The notes: a model not told the origin generated them from the sequence alone. Positions 1 to 9,092 are shown, counted from the stretch's first letter. The stretch is 64,000 nt of DNA from Patescibacteria group bacterium (GCA_022703645.1 JAKLDG010000001.1:507918-571917), one strand, 5' to 3'. A program made the numbers and translations.

Positions 1-262
1 TTATAATGTCTTTTCCTTCATAAGATAGATTATTTGCCAAGATTTGAAATGCAGACGGATTCATGGGGTTTGGAATGGTTCCATCAAAAGTGATGGTATT
101 CCCAGATACTTGTGGATTAACCGCGGAAATTTCCGTGTTTCCAGTCTCGGTTGCTTTTGTCTCAATTTTTTTTATATCAAACAAAGTAAAATAAGCCGCG
201 GTCGCAATAGCGGTTATAGTTAGAACCATCATCCCATGTTTTAAATGTTTATTTTTCGCCAT
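1..262 (-). CDS. Partial CDS (N-terminal 87 codons; C-terminus lies beyond the window start) for a small membrane-anchored hypothetical protein
   Basis: The reverse complement from the ATG at 260-262 reads MAKNKHLKHGMMVLTITAIATAAYFTLFDIKK... with a hydrophobic helix. It has no stop inside the window and is not in the supplied ORF track. Confidence 0.35.
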   Translation of the reverse strand, partial: MAKNKHLKHGMMVLTITAIATAAYFTLFDIKKIETKATETGNTEISAVNPQVSGNTITFDGTIPNPMNPSAFQILANNLSYEGKDII

Positions 263-322
263 TTAAAATTGTTTTCTTTATTTATTTGAAAATTGTAAAT
301 TGAAAATTGAAAATTTCTCCCC

Positions 323-883
323 CTACTCCCTTCCCCCTTCCGGAGCATAGAGTTTATATTCCGGCTGGCATGTTTCCATTATTTCCGCGGTAGAAGAAGT
401 CCAAGTGTTCGCCCCAGTTTCACTTACTGAACCAATACCATAATATAATATAGGATCTCTATCACAAGAAGTAGTAATTATAAAAATTTTTTCAATTACT
501 CCACCGGCATAAGTGGCTTTGACTTTCACATTCGCTGGACTGGCATCTGAAAAGACTGTCGCGCCAATTTTTACTGTAACCGTTGAAATACCGGCAGTGT
601 TTGTATTTGACCAAGTAGTACCTCCGACAGAAAAAGTGCCAAGCGCAGTGTCAATTATTTGCCAATCGAAAGTAACGCTTGCGCCGGCAAGGCTCGCTCC
701 ATCTTCATCAAAAGCAGAAACCGATAAATTCAACTCTGTATTCAAACTACCCGATATTCCAGAACAAAAAAGATATGCGGAACAAGCAGCGCAACTATTG
801 CAGGCAGCAGCCAAAGCAGGGGTTGGCATAAAGAACCCAAGCGTTAAAAGTATAGTTATGATAAATAATATCTTTTTTGTCAT
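323..883 (-). CDS. Secreted Cys-rich hypothetical protein (signal peptide ...PALAAAC)
   Basis: 186-aa ORF. The N-terminal K-rich/hydrophobic/AxA signal peptide and Gly/Thr/Ser-rich beta-type composition are seen in sequence. It is last in a co-directional run of secreted and TPR genes. Confidence 0.55.
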   Translation of the reverse strand: MTKKILFIITILLTLGFFMPTPALAAACNSCAACSAYLFCSGISGSLNTELNLSVSAFDEDGASLAGASVTFDWQIIDTALGTFSVGGTTWSNTNTAGISTVTVKIGATVFSDASPANVKVKATYAGGVIEKIFIITTSCDRDPILYYGIGSVSETGANTWTSSTAEIMETCQPEYKLYAPEGGRE

Positions 884-915
884 TTTTTTGATTTCTTGTT
901 TTTTTGCTTTTTTGG

Positions 916-1512
916 TTATTTACTGTACTGTGCTAACAAGTTTTTCATTTCTGGATTACCAGGAATTGCGCTTAACCCTTGGTTCAAGACACCTATCGCC
1001 TCTTGCGCTTTATTCATTAGATTATTATATAAAAAGGCTAAACTAATATAAACTTTATAGTTTTTGGCATCCAGACTGATTGATTTCTTATAATTAGTTT
1101 CGGACTCGCTATATTTTCCTTGATCTCTATAAACATTTGCTAAATTACTATAGGATCTGGCATCTGTAGGATCTTTTTCAATGGCTTGGAGATAGACTTT
1201 CTCAGCGCTATCGAGTTTCCCCAAGTTATAATATGCGACACCCAGATTGAAAAGATCCTCTGCAGTCGCCGCTCCATTTTGCTGCTTTGTGGTAATTTCC
1301 TTAACAATTTGATTATAATTTTTCTTCACATCTTGGGCTGGTGTTTGGGTTTGCTCGTTATTTGTATTTTGAACGGTATTTTGAACCGGTGTTACAGATG
1401 TATTATTCTTTTTATTAGTAAATTTGAAAACTAATCCTATACCCACGATAATAATAATGATCGCGGCAAGAATTAATGCTATTAGTTTTTGAGAAGTTGA
1501 TAGACTTTTCAT
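916..1512 (-). CDS. Membrane-anchored tetratricopeptide-repeat (TPR) protein
   Basis: N-terminal TM helix (LIALILAAIIIIIVGIGLVF). The C-terminal part carries repeated TPR signatures (LGVAYYNLGKLDSAEKVYLQAIEKDP, YSNLANVYRDQGKY...). Confidence 0.7.
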   Translation of the reverse strand: MKSLSTSQKLIALILAAIIIIIVGIGLVFKFTNKKNNTSVTPVQNTVQNTNNEQTQTPAQDVKKNYNQIVKEITTKQQNGAATAEDLFNLGVAYYNLGKLDSAEKVYLQAIEKDPTDARSYSNLANVYRDQGKYSESETNYKKSISLDAKNYKVYISLAFLYNNLMNKAQEAIGVLNQGLSAIPGNPEMKNLLAQYSK

Positions 1513-1530
1513 TTTTTATTTTATTTATTA

Positions 1531-3735
1531 TTAAAATGATTTGATTCTTGGTACGCGGATGGTTATGTTTTTATTAAATGTACTACCATCGCCATTTCCA
1601 GTAATTTTCAGTTTTATTATTCCTGATTCAATTAAATGAATTACCGCTTTTTGTTTGCCGGCAACTATCGAAGGATTGATAGTACTGGAACAGATACTTT
1701 CGACACCAGTGTCTGGATTTATTAGCGTACACTGCGTCGTATATTCCCCATTGGCAAATATTGCTCCGTCTGTATCTACTAAATAAAAGTCAAGTATCAC
1801 ATCATCACCCGCTCTTACCGGCGTAGAACATTTCGTTTTATCTGAACAAATGTCATAGTTGTTTCCGTCTTGCACGATGGTAATGCCTCCGCCATTAACG
1901 CCGGTTAAGGTTTGATTTCCGCGTTGCAAAGAAGCGCTAAAAATCAGGTTTGAAACGGCGGAGGAGGGAGTGCAGCTTCTTGTATCGTCTCGATTAGTTG
2001 GTGTTGTTAGAGAACCATCAATCCTTTGACATTCTGTTCCGCCATAAAGCGGCGCGGGATTATTGCAAGTTCGGGTCTGGAGATAACCCCCTGACTGATT
2101 GCAAACCCCCCACGCATCAGTAACCCAAGAATAAGTATAAGAAGGAGCGGCTGCGATTGAAAAATAACAATTTTGAGAAATCGTTTTATTGCCATCGCTA
2201 TCGGTAACTTCTACTTTTGCCGTATAAGCATGGCCGTTTTCAAGTCCATCTATACCGCAATTGCCACTGGTAATTGCGTAAGGGCTGATAGCATTATAGT
2301 CGTCTCTCCGGCAAGCTAATCCTGTAGGTGCTGTACTATCAGTTAAAATGAAATGATAATTTGTTATATAACCGTCTTCTGCGTCAAAAACATTATTCCA
2401 ATTAAAAGTAAAATTTTTGGTTCCTGCTGGTAATTCGGTATAAGGACAATTATTAATATTTGGTTGAGGAGGATAAGTATTGGTAGTGGGAGCAGTAGGG
2501 GCTGAACCAACTGTTACGGTAACGTTTTTGGACGCACTGCCTCCTGGACCCGTACATGTTGCTGTATAAGTAGTTGTGGCTGTAAGATTATTAACTGGTT
2601 GAGTCCCGGATATACCCGTCCAATTACCAGGATTAATAGTACAAGAAGTAGCATTGGAAGAATTCCATGTCAGAACAGTCGTACCATTGTAGGAAATCGA
2701 AGCGGGCGAAGCCGAAAAAGATATGGTAGGAAGAGGAATAGAAGGTATTAATTTAAAATATGCCATTACGGTCGCATTGGAAATAAGAGTAACAACAGTA
2801 TTTGCAGAACTGCTATTTTCTATAGAACCCCCACCAGAAATTATTACCCATTTATCAAACTCATAACCTGCTTTTGGGCTGGCAGAAATTGATAATTTTG
2901 ATCCGATTGCTCCGACTCCTCCACCCGAAACCGTTCCATTACCATCACTAGATTCAACATTTAATGTTACAGTCAAATTATTAACTATTGATTGATATGG
3001 ATTACTAGATGCATTACTGGTCGCAACCCATAATTGAACCGTAAAAGGACCTGAGGAATTATAAGTATGCTGAATAACAGGACCACCTGAACCTTGGTTG
3101 TTATCACCAAAGTTCCATAAATAACTAGTTATCGGCAAACCTGATGGAGACGAAGAAGAAGATGCGTCAAAATTAACAGTATTGTCATTTTTGGTATAAG
3201 TGAATAAAGCAATTGGTTTAATCGGATTGAAATAACTCGTTGCTGGCAGATTCCAGGCATATAGCCCCGCGCCTAAGCCATTCGGAGCATAGCTATAAAA
3301 ATAAGGTTTATATGTTACTGAACTACCCTCCGGAATGACTGGGTACTGTACGGTTATATTTATTTCATAGCAACCATATGCGCTTAAAGCTCCCGCATCA
3401 TAAAAATTTGACATACCGCTAAAACCAGTTCCTAATGCGAAAGTTATCCCACTCGTATGACCATAATCTGCATCGAAAATCCAAGAACTATTAATAGAAT
3501 TTACCCCGCCTTTAATCGTATATAACATTTTTGGCGCATTTGGATAAGCTGATGATAAATAACTATATGTATTACTTGCAGCACAAGAAGGCCAACCGGC
3601 AACACCAGTGATTGTTGTGGATATCGAAGCAGTCGCAGGAGCTGAAGCCGCTTTTGCTTTTTGAGGAACAGAAATAATTGAAGCAAAGATAGCCCCTATG
3701 AATAAAACAGCTATAAATAATATTTTTTTATTCAT
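1531..3735 (-). CDS. Large secreted multidomain adhesin-like protein (PKD-like, InlB-B-repeat-like, thrombospondin-type-1-like segments)
   Basis: 734 aa with a signal peptide (AIFASIISVPQKAKA). It contains a PKD-type motif (SYLWNFGDNNQGSGGPVIQHTY...FTVQLWV), an InlB B-repeat-like block (GNGTVSGGG...ASPKAGYEFDKWV...TVMAYF) and a W-x2-W-x2-C...G-x-Q-x-R-x-C TSP1-like motif (WVTDAWGVCNQSGGYLQTRTCNNPAPLYGGTEC). A GGAGGG Shine-Dalgarno sequence sits upstream inside the preceding gene. Confidence 0.65.
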   Translation of the reverse strand: MNKKILFIAVLFIGAIFASIISVPQKAKAASAPATASISTTITGVAGWPSCAASNTYSYLSSAYPNAPKMLYTIKGGVNSINSSWIFDADYGHTSGITFALGTGFSGMSNFYDAGALSAYGCYEINITVQYPVIPEGSSVTYKPYFYSYAPNGLGAGLYAWNLPATSYFNPIKPIALFTYTKNDNTVNFDASSSSSPSGLPITSYLWNFGDNNQGSGGPVIQHTYNSSGPFTVQLWVATSNASSNPYQSIVNNLTVTLNVESSDGNGTVSGGGVGAIGSKLSISASPKAGYEFDKWVIISGGGSIENSSSANTVVTLISNATVMAYFKLIPSIPLPTISFSASPASISYNGTTVLTWNSSNATSCTINPGNWTGISGTQPVNNLTATTTYTATCTGPGGSASKNVTVTVGSAPTAPTTNTYPPQPNINNCPYTELPAGTKNFTFNWNNVFDAEDGYITNYHFILTDSTAPTGLACRRDDYNAISPYAITSGNCGIDGLENGHAYTAKVEVTDSDGNKTISQNCYFSIAAAPSYTYSWVTDAWGVCNQSGGYLQTRTCNNPAPLYGGTECQRIDGSLTTPTNRDDTRSCTPSSAVSNLIFSASLQRGNQTLTGVNGGGITIVQDGNNYDICSDKTKCSTPVRAGDDVILDFYLVDTDGAIFANGEYTTQCTLINPDTGVESICSSTINPSIVAGKQKAVIHLIESGIIKLKITGNGDGSTFNKNITIRVPRIKSF

Positions 3736-4337
3736 TATTTAATACCCTCCAGAAAGCTTTCTATCATTGAATCATTTTTATTGAATTCCAAGCCTTTTTC
3801 CAAAACTTTTTTTGCTTCCTCTATATTCCCCTCCTCTTTCAAAATCATAGACAAACCGACATAATTGACTGAATTATTTAAACCCATATCTATAGACTTT
3901 TGATAATTTTCCTTTGCCAAATCATTTTTACCGGCCGCTAAATACGCATGCGCCATATTGGTATAGTTGATGGCAACATCCGGTTCCAAGGCAATTAGTT
4001 TTTGGTAATAAGAAATGGATTTATCATAATTCCCAAGATTGTAATAAACAGCGGCAATTTGCAACAGCGCGTCTTTATCATTAGGATTAATTAAAATATA
4101 TTTTTCCAAATCAGTTACGGAAGATTTAAAAATATTTATCTTTTCTTCTCCGGATATTTTCTTACCATCTTTCTCTCCTTTAAAAGCGCTGCTAATATCT
4201 TGTTTGGCAGTTTCGGCTTTTTGGGTTACATTTAATTTCACATTTTTTGAATATTGAACAAAACCAAAATACCCCGCTATAATGATCGCGATTAAAACTG
4301 GAATTAAAACTAAGATTGTTTTTTTACTTAATTTCAT
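3735..4337 (-). CDS. Membrane-anchored TPR repeat protein
   Basis: N-terminal TM (ILVLIPVLIAIIIAGYFGF). It has TPR signatures (AAVYYNLGNYDKSISYYQKLIALEP, YTNMAHAYLAAGKNDLAKENYQKSI). Its stop overlaps the start of the downstream gene by 1 nt. Confidence 0.7.
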   Translation of the reverse strand: MKLSKKTILVLIPVLIAIIIAGYFGFVQYSKNVKLNVTQKAETAKQDISSAFKGEKDGKKISGEEKINIFKSSVTDLEKYILINPNDKDALLQIAAVYYNLGNYDKSISYYQKLIALEPDVAINYTNMAHAYLAAGKNDLAKENYQKSIDMGLNNSVNYVGLSMILKEEGNIEEAKKVLEKGLEFNKNDSMIESFLEGIK

Positions 4338-4361
4338 TTTTTATTAAAATTTAAATGTTTT

Positions 4362-5135
4362 TTATGGTATTGTGCAATTTTGCGTAACAGTAGGCTTAGC
4401 GCCCGTACAAAAACTGTCATTTACTATAACTCCGTCCGATCTTCGGCAATAAACATTCCTGCTTTGTGTCCCATTATTACCAAGTACACAACTTCCCCAA
4501 TTACCCCAAGCGCCATTAATTGCCAAAGTAAATGTAGCCTTAACATCTTTGGCAGTATCCATCGTCACTGTACAGAGATTATTAGTACCGGTACAAGCCC
4601 CACTCCAACCGGTAAAAGCAGAGCCAGCGGAAGCGTTTGCCTTCAGCGTTATTGAACTATTATACATTTTATCTACATAACAGCTTGTACCACAGCTGAT
4701 ATCTCCGGCAGGATTAGTAGAAAGGACTCCCCCGGAACCAGTACCATCTTTGGTAACAGTAAGTCTATAAGTTTGAACAGAAAAGTTTGCCCTTACAAGA
4801 CCATTCCCCGCGCCAAAAGTAAAAATAGCAGGGTTAGAGTTTGGATCAGAAATAGAACCATTACTAGAAAGCACCGCCCAGTTAGAAAAAACATATCCGG
4901 GTTTAGCTGTAGCCTTAATTTCCCTAGTAGAACCGACTGCCCCGGGACCAGCCCCGCTTGTCGTACCCCAACTACTGGGATTAACCTGAAGCGCAAGATT
5001 ATAAGTGGTTTGCGCGAACCCCTTAATCGTACCGCCAACAAAAAAAACCAAAACTGCAATAACTAAAATCAACATCAATAAAATATTGCTTTTTTGCTTT
5101 GCTTTCTTATTTGTATTTATATCTATCGGATCCAT
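4362..5135 (-). CDS. Secreted protein with two InlB-B-repeat-like domains and a C-terminal thrombospondin-type-1-like repeat
   Basis: N-terminal signal anchor (LLMLILVIAVLVFFVGG). Repeats of the G.G.V...A.A.PGY.F..W.....N.....T...NA.F type appear twice. The C-terminus reads NGAWGNWGSCVLGNNGTQSRNVYCRRSDG...C...QNC. Confidence 0.6.
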   Translation of the reverse strand: MDPIDINTNKKAKQKSNILLMLILVIAVLVFFVGGTIKGFAQTTYNLALQVNPSSWGTTSGAGPGAVGSTREIKATAKPGYVFSNWAVLSSNGSISDPNSNPAIFTFGAGNGLVRANFSVQTYRLTVTKDGTGSGGVLSTNPAGDISCGTSCYVDKMYNSSITLKANASAGSAFTGWSGACTGTNNLCTVTMDTAKDVKATFTLAINGAWGNWGSCVLGNNGTQSRNVYCRRSDGVIVNDSFCTGAKPTVTQNCTIP

Positions 5136-5361
5136 TTTTTAAGTTAACTTAATTTGCCACTGAAAATACTTCTGTAGTATAACCCTTTAGATCTGCCATC
5201 TTTTCATCAAGGCATGATTTAGTTATCATCGTAGTATTCAAAATCCCAACCTTAGTCTTAAGTTCAGAAACATCAGATTTTTATTTTATTTATTTTTTAA
5301 TAATTTCTTTACCACATCCGCGCTTTTTCGATTTCTTGCTTTTTTGTTTAATTGTCCCTCT

Positions 5362-6804
5362 CTATGGCAAAACTGTGTCAAAAGTAATCACTGTGTCTCC
5401 TGCTTTTGCGCTAAATCCGCTCCAAAGCAAAATACTACCCGTAACCACTGGGTCAGCCAAAGCTGCTCCGTCTTTTTTTGCCGTACCAGAAGTATAATTA
5501 AAACCTGCCGGCAAGATATATTTCACATCAACTAACTTGTCCGCAGTGTCCCCATTACTGACTGTTAAAGTAACTTTTACAGTTTGGTTCGCTCCCCTTT
5601 TTGCAGTAGCATACATTGTCGAATCAGTAGTATTTTCCAATTTCGTATGAATTGAAACGCCTTTATATTGATAAGTATTCCCAGATGTTGTTGGACAAGT
5701 CGGAGAAATTACCGGGGTTGGGTTATTCGGATTACAAGAATTTTTAACAACTGCTGCATATCGCAAATCGGAACTTGTAGGATTTGGTAGATAAGCAATT
5801 GAATATTTCGTTTCACAAGCAGGAATTACCGCCCTTAAAACCGGATCAGATGTATCAGAATTATTATCTAAAGTCAAAAATACAGACGATTGTCTATCTG
5901 CTGCTATAGCACCACCAAAAATAAAATAATTACCGCTACCAGAACCACTTTGAATATAATAAATATTGGGAAATATATATCCTCCTGATGATTTATATTT
6001 TTTCGCAGTATAATTTGAATTACCGTCATTTGCCCCTAAAATATAACCTTTATCCGTACTGATAAACCGATATGTAGAATGAGTATCGATGCTATTTGCT
6101 ATTCCATAAATATTAGTATCATACTTTCTACCCTCATCTTTCCATTGTCTATCAATAGAACTAGGAGCAAGAACCCAAGAACACGCCACATAACCATCAC
6201 CATAAAGCATGCACATACCACTATCGCTTACACCAATTCTTTTTGCATTATTGGAAAAACCAGAAAAAGCCGGTTTACTTATGCTATAAGAAGATAAATA
6301 TGATTGCCAGCTAGAACCATTATTATCACTATAGTATGCACCGCCATCATTTTCTAATACAACAATTCTATTCCCAAAAGAACTTATATCTACTATTTTT
6401 GAAACATTATTACCTAAGGCTGGAATTTGATATGATGCAGTTATGTCTTCCTCGGGGGAAAATAAAGTAATATCGATTCTTTTTAATTTTGTCGCTGTTG
6501 AATAGAAGAGATAAGGAGACGGTTGAGGAGAAGTCGCAATAGCAGTAATCTCTTCGCTCGAAGGGATATTAATAGGGTTTTTCCATGTATTATTATTCCA
6601 GTCATAATAAACTATCTTATCAAAAACTTCTGCGCTTGTTTTCGTCTTCCCTTCATCCTGTGCCATACCGCGCAAAGATAGACCGTAAACCGCGCTAGCC
6701 ATAAGAAGCATAACTATAAAAATAAATGTTTTACTTTTCCCCGATGTATGCAAAAGATCATATCCCGCTCTCTTTAGTCTCAGTTTTAGATGAAAAAGTT
6801 TCAT
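5362..6804 (-). CDS. Secreted hypothetical protein with a C-terminal DUF11-like (conserved repeat domain) segment
   Basis: 480 aa with a signal anchor (TFIFIVMLLMASAVYGLSL). The C-terminal region (VKVTLTVSNGDTADKLVDVKYILPAGFNYTSG...) is typical of DUF11 surface repeats. Confidence 0.5.
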   Translation of the reverse strand: MKLFHLKLRLKRAGYDLLHTSGKSKTFIFIVMLLMASAVYGLSLRGMAQDEGKTKTSAEVFDKIVYYDWNNNTWKNPINIPSSEEITAIATSPQPSPYLFYSTATKLKRIDITLFSPEEDITASYQIPALGNNVSKIVDISSFGNRIVVLENDGGAYYSDNNGSSWQSYLSSYSISKPAFSGFSNNAKRIGVSDSGMCMLYGDGYVACSWVLAPSSIDRQWKDEGRKYDTNIYGIANSIDTHSTYRFISTDKGYILGANDGNSNYTAKKYKSSGGYIFPNIYYIQSGSGSGNYFIFGGAIAADRQSSVFLTLDNNSDTSDPVLRAVIPACETKYSIAYLPNPTSSDLRYAAVVKNSCNPNNPTPVISPTCPTTSGNTYQYKGVSIHTKLENTTDSTMYATAKRGANQTVKVTLTVSNGDTADKLVDVKYILPAGFNYTSGTAKKDGAALADPVVTGSILLWSGFSAKAGDTVITFDTVLP

Positions 6805-6822
6805 GTGATAATTTAATTTTAA

Positions 6823-7242
6823 TTAATGTATTTTTGCAAAGGCTGCCTTTTCCAATTTCTTAACACGAATATCTAAATCTAAGAAATCTTTTGAATCAAC
6901 TTTTGTTTTCAATTTCTCTCTAACCGCTTTAATCTCTGCTATTATCGCTTTTTCCATTATTCCCATACTATCAATCTTTTTCTCAACAAAATCCAATCTT
7001 TCAGCAAGGCCGTCAAGCTTACCTTCCAAGATGCCAAATCTCTTGTCAACCTGTTCAAATCTATTATCAATGTCATCCAATTTTTTGTCTACTCTTTTAA
7101 AGTTTTTATCAACAATAACAGCCAAACCGTTAACTTCATCTGAAATTTTTTGTGAAAGCAATGTTATTACCCTTTTCTCTGATTCTTTAATAGAACCATC
7201 AACAATTCCCTTAATTTTTTCTAAATCATTTTGATCTAGCAT
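6823..7242 (-). CDS. Coiled-coil hypothetical protein
   Basis: 139 aa, strongly heptad-like and charged (KKLDDIDNRFEQVDKRFGILEGKLDGLAERLDFVEKKID). It has no TM and no recognisable catalytic motif. Confidence 0.45.
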   Translation of the reverse strand: MLDQNDLEKIKGIVDGSIKESEKRVITLLSQKISDEVNGLAVIVDKNFKRVDKKLDDIDNRFEQVDKRFGILEGKLDGLAERLDFVEKKIDSMGIMEKAIIAEIKAVREKLKTKVDSKDFLDLDIRVKKLEKAAFAKIH

Positions 7243-7510
7243 CTTGCTTCTTTAGTTTATTATTTTCTTAATTTCTTATTTTTTTATCACCCCATTATCT
7301 ACAAATACCAAAAAACACAGACACACTTATCCCTTCATATCAAATTATAGAATTATAAATATAAAATAACAACAACTTTATTGTCGCTAATTTAAGCTTT
7401 TTTTAAAAATAAAAAAAGGATCAAAGAAATTTATGGGATTTACTAATTGATGCTCAGCTCAAAAATCAAAAACTATTGCATGTACTAAAATATTAGATTA
7501 TAAAGAATCC

Positions 7511-8497
7511 ATGAAGAAAAAAAGCAAAAAAAGATTTCATTTTTATTTATCTATGCTTTTTTTTGTGTGTCTAATTTTTTCAGTATTGAGCACTTTAAAG
7601 ATTGGCGCCGAAGCAGGCTCTGCTAATCATTTTTTTAGAAATCAATTAAACAAAAATCCGGAAGGATCTGGAATTCAAAGTATTAAAATATCCGGCATCG
7701 CAGGTAATATATATAGCTTCCTCTATGCTGGTCAGAGCCAAAGTAATCTAACGCTTGCACCGGGTGAAAGCGCAGATCTTTCGTTAAGTCTAAAAAATAC
7801 CAGCACTACCTATTGGGACAGAGGAACATTTCACCTTGGTACTAGTCATTCACAAGACCGAAATAGCATTTTCTCTGATGATTCATGGCTTTCTGCTGAT
7901 AGAATAGAAATGGATCAAGATATCGTAGAGCCCGGAAATTTTGCGCATTTTGGTTTTACTATCACAGCCCCAGAAAAAAGCGGCATCTACTATGAATACT
8001 TCCGACCGGTTATAGATGGTACCGCATGGCTGCAAGATGTAGGAATATTTTGGAAAATTACTGTTAAAAAACCAACTGATGATATTTCTGCTCTTCCTAT
8101 TTATAATAAAATCGGCGTCAAAAAGATTGTGATTTCAATTAGTTCTCAGAACCTGAAATGTTATGAAGGCGCAGATATTGTATGTGATTTCAAGATTTCT
8201 TCCGGAGCCCCAGGTCTCGATACACCAATCGGCAATTTCAAAGTTGAAAAGAAAAGAGATGTCGCCTACTCTGCTGCTTATGACCTATATATGAATTATT
8301 GGATGGCTTTCACACCAAACGAAGCCTATGGAATTCATGAATTGCCTTATTGGAAATATTCTTGGGGCACAGTTACAGAAGGCGCAAATCATCTCGGAGT
8401 TAAAGTCTCGCATGGCTGTGTCAGACTTGGTATTGGGTCAGCAAAACAAGTCTACGACTGGGCTCCAATTGGAACGCCAATACAGATAGTTGATTAA
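7511..8497 (+). CDS. L,D-transpeptidase (YkuD family) with an N-terminal Ig-like (NBR1-like) domain
   Basis: Signal peptide. The C-terminal catalytic domain carries the diagnostic SHGCVRL motif (HLGVKVSHGCVRLGIGSAKQVYDW). The N-terminal ~120 aa (LAPGESADLSLSLKNTSTTYWDRG...FTITAPEKSGIYYEYFRPVIDGTAWLQDVGIFWKITV) is homologous to three domains in the giant protein at 60146-64000. Confidence 0.85.
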   Translation: MKKKSKKRFHFYLSMLFFVCLIFSVLSTLKIGAEAGSANHFFRNQLNKNPEGSGIQSIKISGIAGNIYSFLYAGQSQSNLTLAPGESADLSLSLKNTSTTYWDRGTFHLGTSHSQDRNSIFSDDSWLSADRIEMDQDIVEPGNFAHFGFTITAPEKSGIYYEYFRPVIDGTAWLQDVGIFWKITVKKPTDDISALPIYNKIGVKKIVISISSQNLKCYEGADIVCDFKISSGAPGLDTPIGNFKVEKKRDVAYSAAYDLYMNYWMAFTPNEAYGIHELPYWKYSWGTVTEGANHLGVKVSHGCVRLGIGSAKQVYDWAPIGTPIQIVD

Positions 8498-8516
8498 ATA
8501 GAAATTAAATACAAAA

Positions 8517-8548
8517 GAAGAGTTTTTTATAACTCTTTTTTTGTATTT
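8517..8548 (+). terminator. Rho-independent terminator downstream of the L,D-transpeptidase gene
   Basis: Hairpin GAAGAGTT-TTTTAT-AACTCTT followed by TTTTTGTATTT. It lies between the + strand CDS and the 3' end of the convergent tRNA-Trp. Confidence 0.55.
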
Positions 8549-8550
8549 AA

Positions 8551-8621
8551 CAGGGGTGGTAGGAATCGAACCCACATCATTGGTTTTGGAGACCAATGTC
8601 CTACCATTGAACGACACCCCC
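8551..8621 (-). tRNA. tRNA-Trp (anticodon CCA)
   Basis: The reverse complement folds as a cloverleaf with anticodon loop CTCCAAA, T-arm GTGGG-TTCGATT-CCTAC, and acceptor GGGGGTG/CACCCCT with discriminator G. It closely resembles the E. coli tRNA-Trp anticodon arm (GGTCTCCAAAACC). Confidence 0.8.
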
Positions 8622-8762
8622 GCATCGCAGTGAGTTCCGTGCTTTCCATAAAAATTCAATTAAGAATTTTTCCTTCAAGCATTCCACACTGCTCCTTTTA
8701 CGAAAAAATCCGACTATATATTTTGGTATAGATTTTTTCGTTACTAATTCAAAGATTTTTAT

Positions 8763-8933
8763 TTATTTCGCTTCTTTATGCGGTGTATTTGCTCTGCATC
8801 TATTGCAAAATTTTACCAACTCCAATTTATCAGGAGTATTTCTCTTGTTTTTGGTCGTGTGATAATTTTTTTCTTTACATTTAGTGCATTCAAGAGTTAC
8901 TAATCCTCTTGGCCCCTTACTTTTCTTTGCCAT
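8763..8933 (-). CDS. rpmG: 50S ribosomal protein L33
   Basis: A 56-aa ORF not in the supplied track: [56 protein letters not shown]. It has the characteristic L33 CxxC...CxxC zinc-ribbon and the [11 protein letters not shown] motif. It sits in a tRNA cluster next to tRNA-Trp, as in many bacteria. Confidence 0.85.
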   Translation of the reverse strand: MAKKSKGPRGLVTLECTKCKEKNYHTTKNKRNTPDKLELVKFCNRCRANTPHKEAK

Positions 8934-9019
8934 GTCTTCTTCCCGACATTACGTCGGGACTCCTTTTAATTAATACTTTATAACTTTTAACTTTACAACA
9001 TAATAGTTATCTATGCCAA

Positions 9020-9092
9020 AGCCGTTGTCGGGAATCGAACCCGAGACCTTCACCTTACCATGGTGACGCTCTGCCAACTGAGCTACAACGGC
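9020..9092 (-). tRNA. tRNA-Thr (anticodon GGT)
   Basis: Reverse complement GCCGTTG-TA-GCTCAGTTGGCAGAGC-G-TCACC-ATGGTAA-GGTGA-AGGTC-TCGGG-TTCGATT-CCCGA-CAACGGC-T. The cloverleaf is canonical and no CCA is encoded. Confidence 0.8.

Noticed and set aside
513-1046. + strand ORF (177 aa) overlapping the minus-strand secreted-protein and TPR genes
   Set aside because: It lies entirely antisense to two better-supported, motif-bearing minus-strand CDSs. It has low-complexity composition and no recognisable motif, so it is a typical shadow ORF of AT-rich DNA.
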